The position numbers and the translations under genes are program-made. Positions 8,813 to 18,792 of a stretch of 64,000 nucleotides of DNA are shown here, one piece after another. The notes under the pieces are model-generated. The model did no database searches and was not told the origin of the DNA. It saw only the letters and a program-made list of their open reading frames with translations. Each line of letters starts with the position of its first letter. Positions within the stretch are counted from its first letter, which is position 1. The stretch covers positions 672,001 through 736,000 of the forward strand of contig CAVURN010000002.1 of NCBI GenBank assembly GCA_963743915.1, in the 5' to 3' direction. The stretch is from an uncultured Actinomycetota bacterium (GTDB lineage: Bacteria; Actinomycetota; Actinomycetes; JAHEKZ01).

Positions 8813-9790
8813 GCGTCCGCTCCCGCCGGGAGGGTGATGCGCCGACGTGGCACGGAGCGCTGCACGGATGAGCAGACCCAGGATGGCGAAGACGATCAGC
8901 GCGGCGAGAATGAACCCGATCATGATCACCGCCATGGCTGCGCCACGTGACCAGTTGAAGGTGTTGAGGAACTGCTCGGCCACGAGCACACCGGCCATGC
9001 TTCCCTTCGCGCCTCCGAGCAGCTGCGGGGTGATGTAGTCACCCATCAACGGGATGAACACCAACAACATGCCGGCGATGGCCCCTGGCATGGCCAGTGG
9101 CAGTGTCACCTGGAGGAAAGTCTTCACCTTGTTGGCGCCCAGGTCTTTGCTCGCCTCGCGGAGCGCCGGATCGATCCGCTCGAACGCCACGTAGAGCGGC
9201 AGGATCATCAGCGGCAGGTAGTTGTAGACGACACCGATCTGGACGCCGGTCTGGGTGTAGAGGAGCGCAAGCGGCGAGTTGGTGATCCCGAAGTCCTGCA
9301 GCTTGTCCGAGACGACGCCGTTGGGCGCGAGGATCAGCTGCCAGCCGATGGTCCGGACCAGGAAGTTCGTCCAGAACGGCACCAGGACGAGGCCGAGCAG
9401 GAAGCCTCGCCAGCGCGGGCTGACCTTGGTCGCCAGCCAGTAGGAGAAGGGCAGCGAGACGATCAGGCAGATGAAGGTGCCGGTGATGGCGATGCGGAGC
9501 GTCCGCCAGAAGATGGGGGTATAGGCGGGGTCGAAGGCCTCGCTGAAGTTGTTCAGCGACCACACGGACGGGCTGACGTCGGGCTTCTGGATGAAGGTGC
9601 TGACCTGCTCGCCGAGGCTGTAGAGCAGCACAAGACCGACCGGCAGCGCGAAGAACAGGATGAACCACGTCCACGCCGGCAGGGCCAGCAGGAACTTGGG
9701 CGAGCGCCATCGCCGCTTGGCCCGTGGGGCGCTCGAGGTGCCGGGAGCTGCCGAACCGGTGTCGGCAGTCTCCTGCGTGTCCGTGGTCAT
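8809..9790 (-). CDS. Polyamine-type ABC permease (PotB-like); apparent fusion to the next permease is due to a 1-nt indel
   Basis: PFWTNFLVR, YLPLMILPLY and REASKDLGA; a TGA overlaps the PotC-like ATG (ATGA) one base out of frame. Confidence 0.8.
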
Positions 9791-9797
9791 CGAGCCG

Positions 9798-10973
9798 TCA
9801 GCCGCCGGCCGCCGACTTGAACTTGTTGTAGATCTCGACGCGACGGTCCTGCGCGGCGTTGAGCTCGCCCGACTCCATGGTGGCGACCTGCTCCTCGGTG
9901 AAGAACACGATGTCGAGGCGCTCGATCCCGGCCTCCTCCGCCAGCGGCTGGATGTCCTTCACCCCCGTGTGGTAGCCGATGTACTCGAGCTCCAGCAGCG
10001 ACACCTCTGGCTGCAGCAGGTAGTCCATCCACGCGTAGGCGGCGTTGGGGTGCGGCGCACCGACCGGGATGGCGTAGGTGTCCATCCAGATCTCGGTACG
10101 TGGTGTGGGGAGCACCCACTTCCACTGGTCGGGGTCGTCGGCGCCGAGGATCCCCTGGCGAGCGTCCCCGTTCCACGCGTGCACCAAGGCGAAGTTGCCG
10201 TTCTGCATGTCGCCACCACCGGGGTACGACACGAACGCCTTGACATGCGGAGCCAGCTCATTGAGCAGGAACTCTTCGCAGGCGTCCAGCTCGGCGGTGT
10301 CCTCGGTCATCCAGTTGAGGTCGTTGGCCCAGAGCCAGAGCCCGACCACGTTGTCGGGGCTGTCGAGGATCGAGAAGTTGCCGCTGGCGTCGGTCATCGC
10401 AACATCGATGAAGTCCTGCCAAGTCGCCATCTCACGGTCGATCTTGGTGGTGTCGTACGCATACCCGGTCGTGCCCCAGTCCTTGCAGATGGAGTACTTG
10501 TTGCCCGGGTCCCACGGCTGGTCCTTGTACTGCTCCTCGAGGTTGCCGAAGTTCTTCAGTCGGCTCAGGTCGAGCTCCTGCACCAGCTCGTTCTCGACCA
10601 ACGCAGGAATGAACGGACCGGTCGGGACGATGAGGTCGTAGCCGGACGTTCCCTGTGCCGCGCTCAGCTTCGCGATCAGCTGCTCGTTGGAGTTGTACGA
10701 GTCGAGGGTGAACTTCAGGTCGTTCGCGGTCTCGAACGACTTGATCACCTTCGGGGCGTTGTACTCGCCCCAGGTGAACATGTTCAGCTCACTCTCGATC
10801 TCGCCGGCGGGCGCCGCCTGGGTGTCCGGAGTGGACTCTTCTCCACACGCCGCGAGCAGCGCCGAGCCGCCCACCGCGGCACCGGCGGCGCCGCCCATGA
10901 AGAGTCGACGGGAGATGCGCTGGGCTGCCTCCGGCGGGGCGAGAATCTTGATCGGTTCGTTCAGGTCACTCAT
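9798..10973 (-). CDS. Spermidine/putrescine-type substrate-binding lipoprotein (Tat signal)
   Basis: SRRLF twin-arginine motif plus LAAC lipobox; FTWGEY, YDLIVPT, WGTTG, WNGD. Confidence 0.88.
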   Translation of the reverse strand: MSDLNEPIKILAPPEAAQRISRRLFMGGAAGAAVGGSALLAACGEESTPDTQAAPAGEIESELNMFTWGEYNAPKVIKSFETANDLKFTLDSYNSNEQLIAKLSAAQGTSGYDLIVPTGPFIPALVENELVQELDLSRLKNFGNLEEQYKDQPWDPGNKYSICKDWGTTGYAYDTTKIDREMATWQDFIDVAMTDASGNFSILDSPDNVVGLWLWANDLNWMTEDTAELDACEEFLLNELAPHVKAFVSYPGGGDMQNGNFALVHAWNGDARQGILGADDPDQWKWVLPTPRTEIWMDTYAIPVGAPHPNAAYAWMDYLLQPEVSLLELEYIGYHTGVKDIQPLAEEAGIERLDIVFFTEEQVATMESGELNAAQDRRVEIYNKFKSAAGG

Positions 10974-10998
10974 GTGCTTCCTTATCTCTCGTCCCGGC

Positions 10999-12156
10999 TC
11001 AGTTGCCGGCCAGCACTTCTGCTTTGTCGGACGCCGGGTCGGCCAGTACGAGGTCGGCCTGATCGGCGGTGAACAGGTACGTGTGGTCGGCGTTCCACGA
11101 GCACCAGACCGACTGTCCCGTCTCCAGACGGGGCGCCCGGGTCCTCGGGAGGCGAGCCAGGATCTCCCGGCCCTCCCCGGCGGACACCACGAACTGGATG
11201 ACGTCGCCGAGGTGCGAGATGCCGGCCAGCTCGCCGCGGAGCACGTTCACCGTGGCGCCCGGATCGGTCTCACTGACCGTGATCGCCTCGGGGCGGACGG
11301 CAGCCAGCGCCGCAGAGCCCACCGTGAGCGAGTCCGCCGGTCGGCTCGAGGTCAGCGTCGCGCCGTCTGACTTGATGGACGCGCCCCCCTCGAGGGCCCG
11401 GCCGCGGAAGAAGTTCTGCTGGCCGATGAATCCCGCCACGAAGGCTGACGAGGGGTGCTCGTAGATCGTGTAGGGGTCACCGAGCTGCTCGATGCGGCCG
11501 TCGAGCATGACCGCGATGCGGTCACTCATCGACAGGGCTTCTTCCTGGTCGTGCGTGACGAAGATGAAGGTGATGCCCAGCTGGGACTGCAGCAGCTTCA
11601 GCTCGATCTGCATCTCTTCGCGCAGCTTGCGGTCAAGGGCGCCGAGCGGTTCGTCGAGAAGCAGCAGGCTCGGTCGGTTGACGAGTGCTCGCGCCAGCGC
11701 GACTCGCTGCTGCTGTCCACCGGAGAGCTGCTTCGGCTTGCGCTCGGCCAGCGGGCGCATCTTGACCATGTCGAGAGCCTCGGCCACCCGCTGGCCCATG
11801 TCGGCCTTGCCGACACCGCGCTGACGCAGCCCGTAGGCCACGTTCTCGGCCACGGTCATGTGCGGGAAGAGGGCATAGGCCTGGAAGACGGTGTTCACGT
11901 CACGCTTGTGGGGCGGCGTCCCGGCGATGGGCTGGCCCGAGATGCGCATCTCACCGGAGGTCGGTTCCTCGAAGCCGGCGAGCATCCGCAGCGTGGTGGT
12001 CTTGCCGCACCCACTCGGTCCGAGCAGGGAGATGAACTCACCCGGCTGGACGCTGAGATTCATCGTGTCGACAGCGGTGAAGTCGCCGAACTTCTTGACG
12101 ACGTCGATGAGCTCGACGGCTCCCGTCACCTCGCTGGAGCGAACTGCTTCTGTCAC
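10999..12156 (-). CDS. Polyamine-type ABC ATPase (PotA-like)
   Basis: [15 protein letters not shown] and LLDEP motifs; TOBE-like C-terminus. Confidence 0.9.
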   Translation of the reverse strand: MTEAVRSSEVTGAVELIDVVKKFGDFTAVDTMNLSVQPGEFISLLGPSGCGKTTTLRMLAGFEEPTSGEMRISGQPIAGTPPHKRDVNTVFQAYALFPHMTVAENVAYGLRQRGVGKADMGQRVAEALDMVKMRPLAERKPKQLSGGQQQRVALARALVNRPSLLLLDEPLGALDRKLREEMQIELKLLQSQLGITFIFVTHDQEEALSMSDRIAVMLDGRIEQLGDPYTIYEHPSSAFVAGFIGQQNFFRGRALEGGASIKSDGATLTSSRPADSLTVGSAALAAVRPEAITVSETDPGATVNVLRGELAGISHLGDVIQFVVSAGEGREILARLPRTRAPRLETGQSVWCSWNADHTYLFTADQADLVLADPASDKAEVLAGN

Positions 12157-12274
12157 TCCTCGCTACCTCCTCGAGTCGTGCCACGGGTGCTGTTCGCCAT
12201 CGACCACAGTCAACCGCATGCTGGCGGCATCCAATCAGACGCCCGACGTCCACGGGCAGCATTGCGACCTATTC

Positions 12275-12290
12275 GTGACCTCCGTGTCAC
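12275..12290. promoter_or_regulatory. GTNAC-N6-GTNAC candidate operator (GlnR/MtrA-like)
   Basis: GTGAC-CTCCGT-GTCAC upstream of the ABC ATPase. Confidence 0.35.
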
Positions 12291-12300
12291 TCTCCGTGGC

Positions 12301-13943
12301 CTACCGACGGAAGACCACCGATCCTGATGCCACGGTCAGGTCCACCGCAGGCGTCCGCGATGGTGCCCTCGGGGAGCGCGAAGATGTCCCGGTCGAGCAC
12401 CGCCAGGTCGGCCCGCATGCCCGGCTCGAGGCGGCCGGCGTCCTCGTCGTGGTTCACGTGGGCGGTACCTGAGGTGAAGGCGGTCAGCGCCACCTCCAGC
12501 GACACCCGCTCCTCCGGGAGGAAGGCCGGCGCGTCCGGCGTCAGAGTGGCCGCGCCGGTTGACCATCACGTCGATCTCCTCGAGCGGGTTCGCAGACGTC
12601 ACCGACCAGTCGCTTCCTCCGGCCAGCTGCGCCCCGGACCGCAGCAGCGACCCGAACGGATACATGAGCTCCACGCGCTCGCGCCCGAGGAACGGGACCG
12701 TCAGCTCCTCCATCTGGGGGTCGCTCTGGGCCCACAGCGGCTGGCAGTTGGCGATCACGCCCAGCTCGGCGAAGCGCGGGATGTCGTCCGGCTGCACGAT
12801 CTGGATGTGTGCGATGTGGTGGCGATGGTCGCTCATGCCATTGGCCGCCCGGGCCGCACCGACCGCATCGAGTGCATTCCGCACCGCGCGGTCACCGATC
12901 GCGTGCATGTGCACCTGGAACCCGAGACGGTCGAGCTCGGTGACGGCGGCTCCGAGCAGGTCTGGCTCGACGTAGCTGAGTCCGTGGTTGTCGGTGTGGC
13001 CGCCGCAGCCGTCGCAGTAGGGCTCGAGGAGCGCTCCGGTGTAGTTCTCGAGGACGCCGTCGGTCATGATCTTCACGCTCGTCGCGTGGAAGTTGCCGAT
13101 CACGCCGCTCTCCCGTTGTTCCTGGAACTGCGGGATCTGGTCGAGGCCCTGGTGGCGGTCCCACCACAGGGCTCCGGTCACCCGCGCGGTCAGGCCACCG
13201 TTCTCGGCCAGGGACCGGTAGGCGGCGTGCGTCCCGGGGGTCACCCAGGCGTCCTGCCAGGCGGTGATCCCGAGCGCGTGCAGGTGCTCCTGCGCGTTCA
13301 GGATCGCCGCCTCCCACTCGGCGCGTCCCGGCGTCGGGACCAGCGTGTCGTTGAAGGTGTAGGCCGCACCCTCGTGGAGCATGCCCGTCGGCTCGCCCGT
13401 CTCGGGGTCGCGCTCGATCCGTCCGTCGGACGGGTCCGGCGTGTCCTTCGTGATTCCCGCTCGCTCGAGCGCGACCGAGTTCACCCAGGCTCCGTGCACG
13501 TCCTTGTTGAACAGGAAGACCGGACGGTCCGGGACGATGGCGTCGAGGTCCTCCTTGCGCGGCAGTCCTCCGGGGAAGCACTCCATCGCCCAGCCGCCCC
13601 CGACGACCCACGGCTCATCGGGGTTCGCACGGGCGTAGGCGGCGATCGCCTCGAGGTAGTCCGAGCGGCCCTGCAGATCGTTCAGCCAGACCCGCAACCG
13701 GTTGCGTCCTGCAAAAGGTGCGTGGACGTGCGCGTCCTGGAAACCGGGGACAGCAAGCCGGCCCGGCAGGGAGAGCACCTCGGTGCCCGGGCCACGCAGG
13801 TCCGACAGCTCGCCGGGCTCGCGCCCCACGGCGAGGATCCGACCGTCCTTGAGGGCGATCTCTCGTCCGCGCGACCCGGACGCGTCGTTCGTGTACACGG
13901 TGAGGTCGGTGAGCAGCAGGTCAGCGGTGGGTGTCGACGGCAT
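12301..13943 (-). CDS. Amidohydrolase 3 family (YtcJ/NfdA-like), with two frameshifts near the 3' end
   Basis: PGFQDAHVH, HAIGD, HIAH and GSDW motifs; C-terminus (LEPGMRADLAVLD; VDLTVASG) lies in shifted frames near 12550 and 12345. Confidence 0.85.
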
Positions 13944-14011
13944 GCGAGGCATCTTTGACTGCCCGGGCCGTCGGAGCAAGTGACCGGGGCGGCGCTCCGT
14001 ACCGTGGACCC

Positions 14012-14596
14012 ATGGAGGAGCCGAAGCTGGCGGATCGGGGAGACGCAGGGCGCCTCGCCCGCACCTTCGCCCGGGCCATGCTGCACGACCCGATGATCCG
14101 CTGGCCGCTCCTGGGTGACGTGGACGTCGGACGGCTCGAGCACATGACGGGCCCTCTGGTCGACATGTACCTCGAGGTCTCGGCCGCCTGGCTTCTGCAG
14201 AGCGGGACGGCGATGGCCGCTTGGATCCCCCCGGATGCGGCCTCACGCTTCGAGGCTCTGGAGCAGCCCACCCGGCGAGCCATCGCTCCGTGGACCGGGG
14301 ACGACGGCGTCCGCTACGGGCGCTTCTGGGACTGGTTGGCGGCGCACATCCCCGATGAGCCCGCGTGGTTCCTCGACCTGGTCGCCGTCGACCCGAGCGT
14401 GCAGGGACGTGGCCTCGGCACTCGGCTGATCCGGCACGGTCTCGAGCTTGCTCGCGGCACGTCGCTGCCGGCGTTCCTCGAGACCGGCCAGGAGCGCAAC
14501 GTGAGCCTCTACGAGCGGTTCGGCTTCCATGTCGTCGCGCGCGAGTCGGCTCCCGATGGCGGGCCAACGATCTGGTTCATGAGCACAGACCCCTGA
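14012..14596 (+). CDS. GNAT N-acetyltransferase
   Basis: VAVDPSVQGRGLG acetyl-CoA motif; NVSLYERFGF. Confidence 0.85.
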   Translation: MEEPKLADRGDAGRLARTFARAMLHDPMIRWPLLGDVDVGRLEHMTGPLVDMYLEVSAAWLLQSGTAMAAWIPPDAASRFEALEQPTRRAIAPWTGDDGVRYGRFWDWLAAHIPDEPAWFLDLVAVDPSVQGRGLGTRLIRHGLELARGTSLPAFLETGQERNVSLYERFGFHVVARESAPDGGPTIWFMSTDP

Positions 14597-14638
14597 GCGC
14601 AGCGTGAGCGCACCACCGCCTCTCCTAGGATCGGCCCT

Positions 14639-15961
14639 GTGACGGACTTCGCCCCCGCCGACTACTCCCTGACGGCGTCGCCGGGACGCACACTGCCGGT
14701 GGCGGTGCGGGCCAAGGGCATGCGCATCTGGGACCGCGACGGGCAGGAGTGGCTGGACGCGTGCGGCGGTGCCATGGTGATGAGCCTCGGGCACTGTCAC
14801 CCGCGTCTGGTCGAGGCGGCACAGAGGCAGCTGGAGAAGATCACCTTCACCTACCGCTTCTCCTTCTCGAACGAGCCCATGATCGAGCTGGCTGCGCTGA
14901 TCCGTGAGATCGCGCCCATGGAGCGGGGCTGGGCCTTCTTCAACTCGTCCGGCTCGGAGTCGATCGAGTCGGCCATTCATCTCGCCCTCCTGTACTGGCA
15001 GCACCAGGGACGCACCGGCAAGACCGAGCTCATCTCGCGCTACCCCAGCTTCCACGGCTCGACCCTCGGTGCCCTCGGTCTGTCCGGCTCCCGTTGGCGA
15101 CAGGCCTTCGACCATGTGCTCGAGGACAACCCCGTCGCCGAGGCGCCGAACGCCGACATCCGGTCCGGCCGCACAGCCGACGAAGAGCTGACCTTCGGGC
15201 TGCGGCAGATCGAGGACGCCTTGGTCGCCCGCGGGCCCGAGAACGTGGCCGCGGTGTTCCTCGAGCCGATCTCGGGTGCCAGCACCGCCGCCGTCGTGCC
15301 ACCGGAGGGCTACCTCGAAGGCGTCCGCGCCCTCTGCGACCGGTACGACGTGCTGATGATCTGCGACGAGACCGTCACCAGCTTCGGCCGCACCGGCACG
15401 TGGTGGGCCGTCGACCACTGGAACGTCACGCCCGACATCGTCACGTTCGCCAAGGGGGTGAGCAGCGGTGTCGTCCCCTTCTCGGGGTTGGCGATCGCCG
15501 GACGGGTCGCGGATGTCTTCGCCGCCGCACCGGAGGGATTCCCCTTCGGCCACACGTACTCAGGCAACCCGGTCGGCTGCGCGGTCGCGTCCGAGGTCAT
15601 CCGGGTCATCCGCGACGACGGGCTGCTCGAGCACAGCACGGTGATGGGTGAGCGCCTGAGGCAGGGCCTGCTGGAGATCGCGGACGCCTCGCCACATGTC
15701 GGCCAGGTGCGGGGACGCGGCCTGCTGCAGGGCGTCGAGCTGGTGACCGACAAAGGTTCCCTGACTCCATTGGCGGGCGCCGCGTCTCGGTTGACCGGCC
15801 TCGCCCACGACCGGAACCTGATGATCTACAGCTGCCCCACCCCGCTTCATGACACGGTGATCGAGGCGGTGATGCTCGCGCCTCCGCTGAACCTCGACGA
15901 AGCTGACGTCGACGAGATCGTCAACCGCTTCGGCGACGCGGTGGCCGGACTCGCCCTCTGA
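14639..15961 (+). CDS. Class III PLP-dependent aminotransferase
   Basis: SGSES, FHG, EPI, DETVTSFGRTG, PLP lysine in TFAKG, GHTY. Confidence 0.9.
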   Translation: MTDFAPADYSLTASPGRTLPVAVRAKGMRIWDRDGQEWLDACGGAMVMSLGHCHPRLVEAAQRQLEKITFTYRFSFSNEPMIELAALIREIAPMERGWAFFNSSGSESIESAIHLALLYWQHQGRTGKTELISRYPSFHGSTLGALGLSGSRWRQAFDHVLEDNPVAEAPNADIRSGRTADEELTFGLRQIEDALVARGPENVAAVFLEPISGASTAAVVPPEGYLEGVRALCDRYDVLMICDETVTSFGRTGTWWAVDHWNVTPDIVTFAKGVSSGVVPFSGLAIAGRVADVFAAAPEGFPFGHTYSGNPVGCAVASEVIRVIRDDGLLEHSTVMGERLRQGLLEIADASPHVGQVRGRGLLQGVELVTDKGSLTPLAGAASRLTGLAHDRNLMIYSCPTPLHDTVIEAVMLAPPLNLDEADVDEIVNRFGDAVAGLAL

Positions 15962-15967
15962 GCCGGT

Positions 15968-16903
15968 TCAGGGCGTGAGCACGATCTTTCCCCCGGCTTC
16001 GCCGGAGTCGAGCAGTCGGTGCGCCTCGGCAGCTTCCTCGAGCGGCAGACGGTGCGTGACGTGTGTGCGCAGGCGTCCGGTGCCGTAGAGGTCGGCCAGC
16101 TCTCGGGTGCGATCGCCGTCGTCGCGGATGAGAACCCCGTGGAAGGTCTGGTTGGCGTCGATCATCTGGTCGACGTCGAGCTCGGGGGTGGCGATCGCCA
16201 CGATCAATCCGTCATCGCGAAGGTGTGGCTGCACCTGGCGGATCATGGGTCCCCCCACCAGGTCGGCGACCGCGTCGAAGGAACCGCCGGCGATCTCAGC
16301 AGCCCTGTCCATGGCGTCGGGACGGGTGTAGTCGACGCAGCCGATCGCCCCGAGGTCGTGCATCACCGCGTGGCTCCGCTGCCGTCCGACTCCCACCACC
16401 CGCAGGCCGGCGGCCGCTGCCAGCTGCACGAGGAACAGCCCCACGCCTCCACTGGCACCCAGGACGAGCACCGACGACCCGGCCGGATGCAGACGATCGA
16501 GCACTTCCAGCGCCGTCCCGGCCGCCAGCGGGATGGACGCCGCGTCGACCAGGTCGACGCTCTCGGGCAACGCTGCGACCAGGGTCGTGTCCACCACCAC
16601 GTACTCGGCGTAGCCGCCCTGCCCTCGGGGGAACGCCGTCATCGCCATCACCGGCTGTCCCCGCTGCAGCTCGTCGACCCCGTCTCCGAGAGAGTGCACC
16701 CGCCCGGCCACGTCGTACCCGAGCACGCAGGGAGCGGTAAGGCCGGCCCACGACGGATCCACACGGTTGAAGGTGTCGACGGGGTTGACGCCCGCACCCG
16801 CCACCGCGATCAGTACCCGTCCAGGGCCGGGGTCGGGGGTGGGCACCTCACGCACCCGCATCCCCTCCGGGCTCCCGAACTGCTCGACGACCACGGCTCT
16901 CAT
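15968..16903 (-). CDS. NADPH:quinone oxidoreductase-like MDR protein
   Basis: GVNPVD, LGYDVAG, GASGGVG and GKIVL motifs. Confidence 0.85.
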   Translation of the reverse strand: MRAVVVEQFGSPEGMRVREVPTPDPGPGRVLIAVAGAGVNPVDTFNRVDPSWAGLTAPCVLGYDVAGRVHSLGDGVDELQRGQPVMAMTAFPRGQGGYAEYVVVDTTLVAALPESVDLVDAASIPLAAGTALEVLDRLHPAGSSVLVLGASGGVGLFLVQLAAAAGLRVVGVGRQRSHAVMHDLGAIGCVDYTRPDAMDRAAEIAGGSFDAVADLVGGPMIRQVQPHLRDDGLIVAIATPELDVDQMIDANQTFHGVLIRDDGDRTRELADLYGTGRLRTHVTHRLPLEEAAEAHRLLDSGEAGGKIVLTP

Positions 16904-17415
16904 GGGCTCGGTGTGACAGTGCCGCTGATCAGGACCTGGTGAGTCGCGATCCGCGCCGGGGTGCGCCAACGTCCGTCGACGTTCACCTCCAACGAGAAGC
17001 GATAGGTGCCAGGGGGAACGTCGGCCACGAGGTACTGAAGCGTGGTCGAGTCGCGATGCGCCGTCGGTCGGATCCGGCGTGCGCCTGGGGTGGCGTCACG
17101 GGGGCTGTCGTTCGGCCCTTGCACCCGCAGACTGGCCGCGAACGGGTCCTGCGAAGCCCGGTACCCGAACGAGAAGGACACGACCACGTCAGCGCGTTCC
17201 GTGAGGGCAACAGCGACCGGACGCATCAGACCGATGGCGCCGACATCACCGCTGTAGTCAGCTGAGGGACCCTGCTGACGATAGGCGTGGAACTCGGCAG
17301 CGGCGGCCGGCTCGACGACGGTCATCCGAACGGCTCCGGCATGCGCGACGGCTCCGAGCGCGACCAGGCCGGCCACCGTCACGACCGCCACCGCCGCTTT
17401 CACCGCACGAGACAT
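16900..17415 (-). CDS. Hypothetical secreted/membrane-anchored beta-rich protein
   Basis: Signal-like N-terminus; stop overlaps the next start (ATGA). Confidence 0.55.
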   Translation of the reverse strand: MSRAVKAAVAVVTVAGLVALGAVAHAGAVRMTVVEPAAAAEFHAYRQQGPSADYSGDVGAIGLMRPVAVALTERADVVVSFSFGYRASQDPFAASLRVQGPNDSPRDATPGARRIRPTAHRDSTTLQYLVADVPPGTYRFSLEVNVDGRWRTPARIATHQVLISGTVTPSP

Positions 17416-17439
17416 GTGGGTACCCGCGATCCGGGCGAC

Positions 17440-17628
17440 TCAGGCAACTCCCCGGACCTGCGTCGGTGCCTCGACGACGGGCTCGAACGCCTCGATGTAG
17501 GCCGCTCCACAGGTGATGCAGGCCCACTCCCGCGGACGGGTGTCGCTGTCGACGAGCACCATCTCGAAGGAGACGTCGCCGGCGCAGTCGCTGCACCACA
17601 GCTCGACGATCTCGATGCTGGTCGCCAT
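17440..17628 (-). CDS. 62-aa zinc-ribbon protein
   Basis: CSDC…CITC; GAGGAGG RBS before the ATG at 17628. Confidence 0.7.
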   Translation of the reverse strand: MATSIEIVELWCSDCAGDVSFEMVLVDSDTRPREWACITCGAAYIEAFEPVVEAPTQVRGVA

Positions 17629-17709
17629 GATCGATTCCTCCTCGGGGGCTTCTCTCCGTACTGAGTCCACGCTGACACGGGGGTCTGACAGCACCCTGGA
17701 TTCGCGCCG

Positions 17710-17734
17710 GTGTGTCGCCCCGGAATCGGGGTAT
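17710..17734 (+). promoter_or_regulatory. SigB/SigF-type promoter of ku
   Basis: GTGT-N15-GGGTAT. Confidence 0.5.
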
Positions 17735-17829
17735 GTCCGGGAAAAGGGCCAGATCACCGGGTCAGATGGCGCTGGGCTGCGTCATCATGGGGTGACTGCT
17801 GCCGCGCCACCACCCCAGGGGAGCATCCG

Positions 17830-18780
17830 ATGCAGACTGTCTGGAAGGGCTCGATCGCGTTCGGCCTGGTGTCGATCCCGGTCCGCCTGGTCTCTGCGAC
17901 CGAGGAGAAGGACGTCCCCCTCCGACAGGTGCACGAGGCTGACGGTGGGCGGATCAAGTACAAGCGCTTCTGCTCCGTGGACGGTGAGGAGGTCCCCTAC
18001 CCGGAGATCGCCAAGGGGTACGAGATCGAGGACGACAACGTCGTCGTCCTCACCGACAAGGACCTCGCCAACCTGCCCATAGCGTCCACGAAGTCGGTCG
18101 AGGTCGTGAGCTTCGCCGAGCAGGACGAGATCAACCCGGTGGCGTTGTCGAAGGCGTACTACGCCGAGCCCACGGGCGACGCGAAGCCCTACGTCCTCCT
18201 GTACGAGGCACTCGTGGCCACTGGCAAGGTGGCGATCGTCAAGCTGGCGCTCCGGCAGCGCGAGCGGCTGGCGACGATTCGCGCGCAGGACGGCGTCCTC
18301 GTGGTGCAGACGATGTTGTGGCCCGACGAGGTCCGCAAGCCGCACTTCTCGTTCATGGACGACGGCGTGGAAGTCCGACCGCAGGAGCTCGAGATGGCAT
18401 CGATGTTCGTGGGCGCGCACGAACAGGGCTACGAGCCGAGCCAGTTCCACGACCGGTACCGCGAGGCCTTGCGCGAGCTGGTCGATGCCAAGATCGCCGG
18501 GCAGGAGATCGCCCGTCCGGTCGAGGCAGCCCCGGACTCGAACGTGATCGACCTGATGGAGGCGTTGCGCGCCAGCGTCGCCGCCGCCGAGGGCCGACCC
18601 GTCCCGGCGCAGAAGACCGTGGCCAAGAAGGCAGCCCCGAAGAAGGCAGCCAAGTCACCCGCGAAGAAGACCACTGCCAAGAAGGCAGCCCCGAAGAAGG
18701 CAGCCAAGTCACCCGCGAAGAAGACCGCCACCAAGAAGTCCACCACCAAGAAGACAGCCGCCAGACGCAAGACCGCCTAG
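17830..18780 (+). CDS. ku: NHEJ DNA end-binding protein Ku with Lys/Ala-rich tail
   Basis: WKGSIAFGLVSIPV, IAKGYE, DLMEALRAS; basic C-terminal repeats. Confidence 0.95.
   Translation: MQTVWKGSIAFGLVSIPVRLVSATEEKDVPLRQVHEADGGRIKYKRFCSVDGEEVPYPEIAKGYEIEDDNVVVLTDKDLANLPIASTKSVEVVSFAEQDEINPVALSKAYYAEPTGDAKPYVLLYEALVATGKVAIVKLALRQRERLATIRAQDGVLVVQTMLWPDEVRKPHFSFMDDGVEVRPQELEMASMFVGAHEQGYEPSQFHDRYREALRELVDAKIAGQEIARPVEAAPDSNVIDLMEALRASVAAAEGRPVPAQKTVAKKAAPKKAAKSPAKKTTAKKAAPKKAAKSPAKKTATKKSTTKKTAARRKTA
18622..18726 (+). repeat. Tandem repeat in the Ku tail (51-nt identical unit, 54-nt period)
   Basis: GCCAAGAAGGCAGCCCCGAAGAAGGCAGCCAAGTCACCCGCGAAGAAGACC occurs at 18622 and 18676. Confidence 0.9.
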
Positions 18781-18792
18781 TCGCCTCTCCGG

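Noticed and set aside
7946-9790. 614-aa fused double ABC permease
   Set aside because: An ATGA stop/start overlap at 8809-8812 sits one base out of frame; two normal permeases plus an indel is the simpler reading.
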